Source: Promethearchaeota archaeon
Lineage (GTDB): Archaea > Asgardarchaeota > Lokiarchaeia > Sigyniarchaeales > SOKP01
DNA: 64,000 nucleotides
Assembly: GCA_019894975.1 (NCBI GenBank)
Contig: JAGXNO010000001.1
Span: forward strand, 1 to 64,000
Direction of reading: 5' to 3'
The notes beneath the pieces are model-generated. The model was not told the origin of the DNA. It worked only from the letters and a program-made list of their open reading frames with translations, and did no database searches. Position 1 is the first letter of the stretch, and every line of letters starts with the position of its first letter. Both the position numbers and the translations under genes were made by a program. Positions 59,849 through 64,000 of the stretch are shown piece by piece.

Positions 59849-60292
59849 TTATATCTTTACCCCATTATTGATAAATTTAAGAAGCAGTCTAAATAATTTT
59901 ATGAATCTTAATCCTTGTGTTAGATTTCCATCTACTTTTATATTTCCCTTCATAAAAGCGTCGGTTCCACTCATTTCCCGTTTAAGGATTTTTATAAATA
60001 TATCTTTCTTATATTTAACTCTAAAGGAAGCTGCTCTGTTAATCCCTTTTTTATACATTATTGTGCCTTTAGACACCCTAATCCAGAAGTTAAAATTTAA
60101 ATCAGTTATTAAAATTTGGTAAATGTCATCGTAATCTATTATTTCCTCACGGATATCTTCAGTATTCTTAATAATACTAATCCCAAGCATAATGAATCGA
60201 TTTAACCCTGTAATAAATTCCTCATTATTACTTTCTAAATCGTGGATTACCGACCTAAAACCCTTTGAATCAAGCATATATACTTGTGGCAA
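59849..60292 (-). CDS. SCP2 sterol/lipid-binding domain protein
   Basis: DAFMKGNIKVDGNL motif. Confidence 0.8.
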   Translation of the reverse strand: MPQVYMLDSKGFRSVIHDLESNNEEFITGLNRFIMLGISIIKNTEDIREEIIDYDDIYQILITDLNFNFWIRVSKGTIMYKKGINRAASFRVKYKKDIFIKILKREMSGTDAFMKGNIKVDGNLTQGLRFIKLFRLLLKFINNGVKI

Positions 60293-60332
60293 AATAGCTA
60301 ATATATTATATAGTTATACCTAACTAGTACTT

Positions 60333-60416
60333 ATTATCTACATCGTCTTTTAAGCTTTTAAATGTTTCTAAAATTTTATTCTGATTATCTACATCGTCTT
60401 TTAAGCTTTTAAATGT
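60333..60416. repeat. 33-bp perfect direct repeat, two copies, 51-bp period
   Basis: ATTATCTACATCGTCTTTTAAGCTTTTAAATGT at 60333-60365 and 60384-60416. Confidence 0.85.
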
Positions 60417-60477
60417 ATAAAAATAAAATTTTTATATTCTAATGTATTTCTTTGATTATTACTAATTTTTCTCACTA

Positions 60478-60614
60478 GCCCACATAGTGTAGCCCGGTCC
60501 AGCATTTTTTTGCTGTATTCCAGCGAAAAGCTAAATCGGGACTGTCAAGCTCTCTCCACGAAGGCGGAGCACAGAGCTCCTGCGACGCGGGTTCAAATCC
60601 CGCTGTGGGCGCCA
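60478..60614 (+). tRNA. tRNA-Asp(GTC) with two introns (60506-60535 at 25/26, 60548-60576 at 37/38), encoded CCA
   Basis: Acceptor GCCCACA/TGTGGGC, G73; strict BHB at the anticodon (CTGT/ACAG, CA|A, AG|C); relaxed BHB after the D-stem. Confidence 0.92.
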
Positions 60615-60800
60615 TTCTAACTTTCTCCTATTAATTTCTTAATATAAAGTGCAATTTTGCATTTGAAAACTTTATAATGGAAAGCACTATAGACAAAAAA
60701 TTGATGAATTTCTAAAAAAGTTCCCAGAATGATCTTGAATAGTATCATTAATTAAAGTGAATAATTAAAAAAAAAAGGTAAAAAAATACGTTAATATAAT

Positions 60801-61322
60801 TTAACAGCATCCATCATTGCATCCATCATTGCTGCTATGACCATCTCCACAGCCACAACCACATGCAGAAGGCAGATCAGGCTCGCAATTAGTTTCAACA
60901 ATCTTGATGTTAAAATTCAAAACCTTTCCCGCCATTGGATGGTTTAAATCAATCACAACCTCTTCTTCTTCAACAGATTTTATCGAGGCAGGTGTTTGAC
61001 CTTGGGGGCCCATAACCATGAGCATCAGGCCAGGTGCGAGGTCAACACCCTTTGGAAATTGCGCTTTTGGAACTTTTTGAGTCATTCCTTCCTTTAAATC
61101 ACCATAAGCTTCGGAAGGCTCAAGTCTAATAGTATACTCCTCTCCAATATTTTTATCCATAACAGAGCTGTCGAAACCTTTAATAAGTTGTCCCATCCCT
61201 ACCTGGAATTTTAGGGGAGCCCCACCATTCATCTTTGTACTATCAAAAACTGTTCCATCATCAAAAGCCCCTTCGTATTCGACTTTTATCCAATCGCCTT
61301 TTTCTACTTTTTTTACAGCCAT
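60801..61322 (-). CDS. slyD: FKBP-type PPIase, SlyD-like
   Basis: YEGAFDDGTVFDS, GQLIKGF, PSEAYG, IDLNHPMAGK, Cys/His-rich tail. Confidence 0.93.
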   Translation of the reverse strand: MAVKKVEKGDWIKVEYEGAFDDGTVFDSTKMNGGAPLKFQVGMGQLIKGFDSSVMDKNIGEEYTIRLEPSEAYGDLKEGMTQKVPKAQFPKGVDLAPGLMLMVMGPQGQTPASIKSVEEEEVVIDLNHPMAGKVLNFNIKIVETNCEPDLPSACGCGCGDGHSSNDGCNDGCC

Positions 61323-61460
61323 CTTAATCAAATTTTAAATTCTTATAAAAATAGTAGAATTGATGACTTAAGAGTTGATGGATTATAATTTATGAACTTT
61401 TAACCTGGATTTTAGATTTTTTAAAATAAATTATTTATTCACACTAATTCTTTACTACCT

Positions 61461-62276
61461 ATGTCAATAGAAGGTATCAATCAAGATTTATGTTCAAAAT
61501 GCAAAATTTGCATGAAAGTATGCGACAGACGGTATTTCAGAGAGGATTCATCTGGGAATATTGTCTATGAAAATCTCACTAATAATTGTATTTTTTGTGG
61601 ACATTGTATTGCTGCTTGTCCTGAAGATGCAATAAAACGCAGTCTTAACTGGGAAGATAATGTAAAGAAATATTCAGAGCCAGTTGTTTCCTATGAAAAA
61701 ATAATGCAGTTATTAAGAATGAACCGCTCGATCAGAAATTATAAACAGAAGCAAGTTCCCAGAGAGTTAATTGAAAAAGTTTTTGATGCAATGAGGTATG
61801 CTCCCAGTGCTGGTAACGCAAGATTATGGAGATATAAAGTTCTTTCCAACCCAGAAAAGATCGCAGAATTAGGTGATGTTATCTCAAGGACAATGTGGGG
61901 ATATTGGGGTTACAGTTCATATGAGCAAGCAAAGGAATACTTTGAGTCTATGGGTAGAGATACTATTTTCAATAAAGCCCCGATAGTTATAATTCTCTAT
62001 TTAGAAAGAGAAGTTCCAAATAATACTATGTATGCTATTTGGGGTGTGGATACAGGAATTGCGATTACTTATGGTCAACTTGCCGCAGAGAGTCTTGGTC
62101 TCGGAACTTGTTGGATGAATGTTCTTTTGGGTGCTATTTCTGTGAAAAAAGAAGAAATATTAAAGATCATAGGAATTAAAGGACTTGTACTAGGAGCGAT
62201 GACATTAGGCTATCCTGAAATCAAGTACAGCAGACCTACGCCACGTGAACCATTAGATGTAGAAGGATTAAATTAA
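61461..62276 (+). CDS. Nitroreductase with N-terminal 2x[4Fe-4S] ferredoxin domain
   Basis: CSKCKICMKVC, CIFCGHCIAACP, RSIRNY, APSAGN, GLGTCW. Confidence 0.92.
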   Translation: MSIEGINQDLCSKCKICMKVCDRRYFREDSSGNIVYENLTNNCIFCGHCIAACPEDAIKRSLNWEDNVKKYSEPVVSYEKIMQLLRMNRSIRNYKQKQVPRELIEKVFDAMRYAPSAGNARLWRYKVLSNPEKIAELGDVISRTMWGYWGYSSYEQAKEYFESMGRDTIFNKAPIVIILYLEREVPNNTMYAIWGVDTGIAITYGQLAAESLGLGTCWMNVLLGAISVKKEEILKIIGIKGLVLGAMTLGYPEIKYSRPTPREPLDVEGLN

Positions 62277-62302
62277 ATTAATAAATAGATTCTATTTAGA
62301 TA

Positions 62303-62851
62303 TTAATCCTGATTTTCTACAGCTTCTTTTCCTGCTTTACGAGCTAATTTTAATAAATCGGTATTTTTCCCTACCTCACCCCGACGATTATAGCCTGGAG
62401 CAAGTATAGTTTCAACCAGTTCGATGTTTAGGTAATTAAAGACATCCTCAAGTAGACCAACTGTATGACGAGCATATCTTTCATGGCCACCTCCTAACGG
62501 GATTACAATAATCACTTTTTTTCCCTTAAATTCCTGATGTTTTGGATGATACCACCTGTCTAAGAAAGCTTTAAATTGTGCTGTTGGTCCCCACCAATAG
62601 ATCGGGGTCCCTAATATCCATACATCACTTTGCACCATCTTCTCTAGTAAACTAGGCATATCATCTTTATGCATGCAATGTCCGGTTTTATAACAGCTAT
62701 TACATGCTTGACAAGGGTTAATCTCTAATTTATTCAAAACAACTTGTTCAACTGAAGCCCCCGCTTCTTTAGCACCAGCTAATACTTCATCTACTAATAC
62801 TTCCGTGTTTCCTCCAATTCGGGGACTCCCAATAATTCCTAGAACTTGCAT
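62303..62851 (-). CDS. Iron-sulfur flavoprotein / flavodoxin family protein
   Basis: GSPRIGGNT, CQACNSC...C, DDM, GTPIYW, KAFLDR. Confidence 0.9.
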   Translation of the reverse strand: MQVLGIIGSPRIGGNTEVLVDEVLAGAKEAGASVEQVVLNKLEINPCQACNSCYKTGHCMHKDDMPSLLEKMVQSDVWILGTPIYWWGPTAQFKAFLDRWYHPKHQEFKGKKVIIVIPLGGGHERYARHTVGLLEDVFNYLNIELVETILAPGYNRRGEVGKNTDLLKLARKAGKEAVENQD

Positions 62852-62966
62852 AATTATACTATTATAATTAGATTAAAATAGTTATCGCTTAGGTAAGGAG
62901 TTAGTCTGAAGCATTTTGAAATGAAGGAAAAAATAGAAAAAAAAATATCTATTTAAAATAGATTTA

Positions 62967-63905
62967 TTATGAAATATCACGCTTTTTCAAATATAATGCC
63001 CCAACAACTAAGAAGATGACCGAAATCACAATTAGATAAATAAACGAAACTACAGGAGGATAGTAATTGGTTTTTTCAAAACTGCTAAAATCATCTGTTT
63101 TTGCAATTCCAAACATAACAAAAAAGAAGCCAAAATAATCTAAAATTTCAGGAACAAAAGATTCTCCGAACCATAAGAAAACCTGACCAAAATGATATCC
63201 AATGTCGACATTATAGAGTAAGTATTTTTCATACCAATTACTACCATAGAATAAGAGCGGTTTAAACATCATAATAACAAGAAATGAAAAAATTACTAAA
63301 GCCAGCGGGATAAGTAGGACGTTTCGTGGTCTTCTAAATATTGATGAAAAACCCATTGTAATTCCCCCAAAGAACAATGTAATAACTAAGGAATATAGAA
63401 AAAATATCCCAAAATATGCACCAATGTCATCAAATGGATTTTTTATTACAGCGAACACAGAAATAATAGATAAACTCAGAAAACTTACTACTATCCCAAA
63501 TATATAAAGAGCGATAAATTTGCTTAGTACTATTCTTGTTCGATTAATTGGTTTACTTACTAAAAATAGCAACGTTCCCGTTCTTAATTCTTCAGAAATT
63601 AAAGGTCCTGTAGCACCTATAATAATAATTGGAAACATTATAGAAAAAGTGTAATACCACGTAGTAATTCCTAATAATTGTAGTAAATGGTCATCTCCTG
63701 AAAGATTATCAGGTGGTGTAAAAGCTAAAATTAATGCAGGAACTAATACAAGGAAAAAAACAGACATAATTATTCTTTTTATAGTGCATAAATCAAATAT
63801 TAGTGTCTTTTTGATTAATACTAGAGATGGTGATGAGCTTATTCCTGGAAATGGTTTTAATTCCCTATTTTTTTGTTTTTCCATACTAGGTTCGGTAGCA
63901 TTCAT
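62967..63905 (-). CDS. ABC-2 type transporter permease
   Basis: ISEELRTGTL.FLVSKPINR..IVLSKF, 6 TMs, KKRDI end. Confidence 0.88.
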   Translation of the reverse strand: MNATEPSMEKQKNRELKPFPGISSSPSLVLIKKTLIFDLCTIKRIIMSVFFLVLVPALILAFTPPDNLSGDDHLLQLLGITTWYYTFSIMFPIIIIGATGPLISEELRTGTLLFLVSKPINRTRIVLSKFIALYIFGIVVSFLSLSIISVFAVIKNPFDDIGAYFGIFFLYSLVITLFFGGITMGFSSIFRRPRNVLLIPLALVIFSFLVIMMFKPLLFYGSNWYEKYLLYNVDIGYHFGQVFLWFGESFVPEILDYFGFFFVMFGIAKTDDFSSFEKTNYYPPVVSFIYLIVISVIFLVVGALYLKKRDIS

Positions 63906-64000
63906 TTATTATTCACATCCTCTTCCATTATTTCGATAAATATATCCTGTAATGAAGTTTCGGGCTGACGAAATTCTCGTAAAATTACGTTATTATCGAT
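63902..64000 (-). CDS. C-terminal end of probable ABC ATP-binding protein (partial, runs off the window)
   Basis: ...REFRQPETSLQDIFIEIM...*, the SL(E/Q)DIF ending typical of ABC-2 ATPases; TGA overlaps the permease ATG. Confidence 0.6.
   Translation of the reverse strand: MDNNVILREFRQPETSLQDIFIEIMEEDVNNK

Noticed and set aside
478-60122. Numerous short antisense or overlapping ORFs in the ORF track (e.g. 478-726, 18723-19133, 33453-33872, 54894-55226)
   Set aside because: They are shadows of well-supported genes on the opposite strand or another frame, with no motifs.
60333-60416. Mini-CRISPR array
   Set aside because: Only two repeats, an 18-bp AT-rich spacer, and no cas genes.

Overview
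Low-GC archaeal chromosomal DNA. The gene content (eS26, eS19, eL31, eL39, eL20/LX, aIF6, TFB, Gar1, ArcS/RaSEA, CdhE, several roadblock/longin-like and SNAP-like proteins, many TTG starts) suggests an Asgard archaeon, probably Lokiarchaeia; this assignment is an inference. Most of the window is housekeeping: translation, RNA modification, Ni/Co uptake, signalling, and four tRNAs (Gly, Phe, Arg, Asp). Main observations: (1) the dnaG gene is interrupted inside its conserved GAIFGQ|TEGLL motif by a 37-nt insertion (33420-33456). The insertion has stops in both relevant frames and folds into a relaxed bulge-helix-bulge motif, so it is a candidate EndA-spliced intron in a protein-coding mRNA. (2) tRNA-Phe and tRNA-Asp each carry two introns, three of the four at non-canonical positions, which implies a relaxed splicing endonuclease. 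(3) A GC-elevated, structured, apparently independently transcribed ~310-nt RNA candidate at 22435-22750 matches no family I recognise. (4) At least six genes, including tfb and rps26e, appear to need ATT/ATC/ATA start codons. No CRISPR array, integrase or transposase was seen. All calls come from reading motifs by eye; no searches were run.
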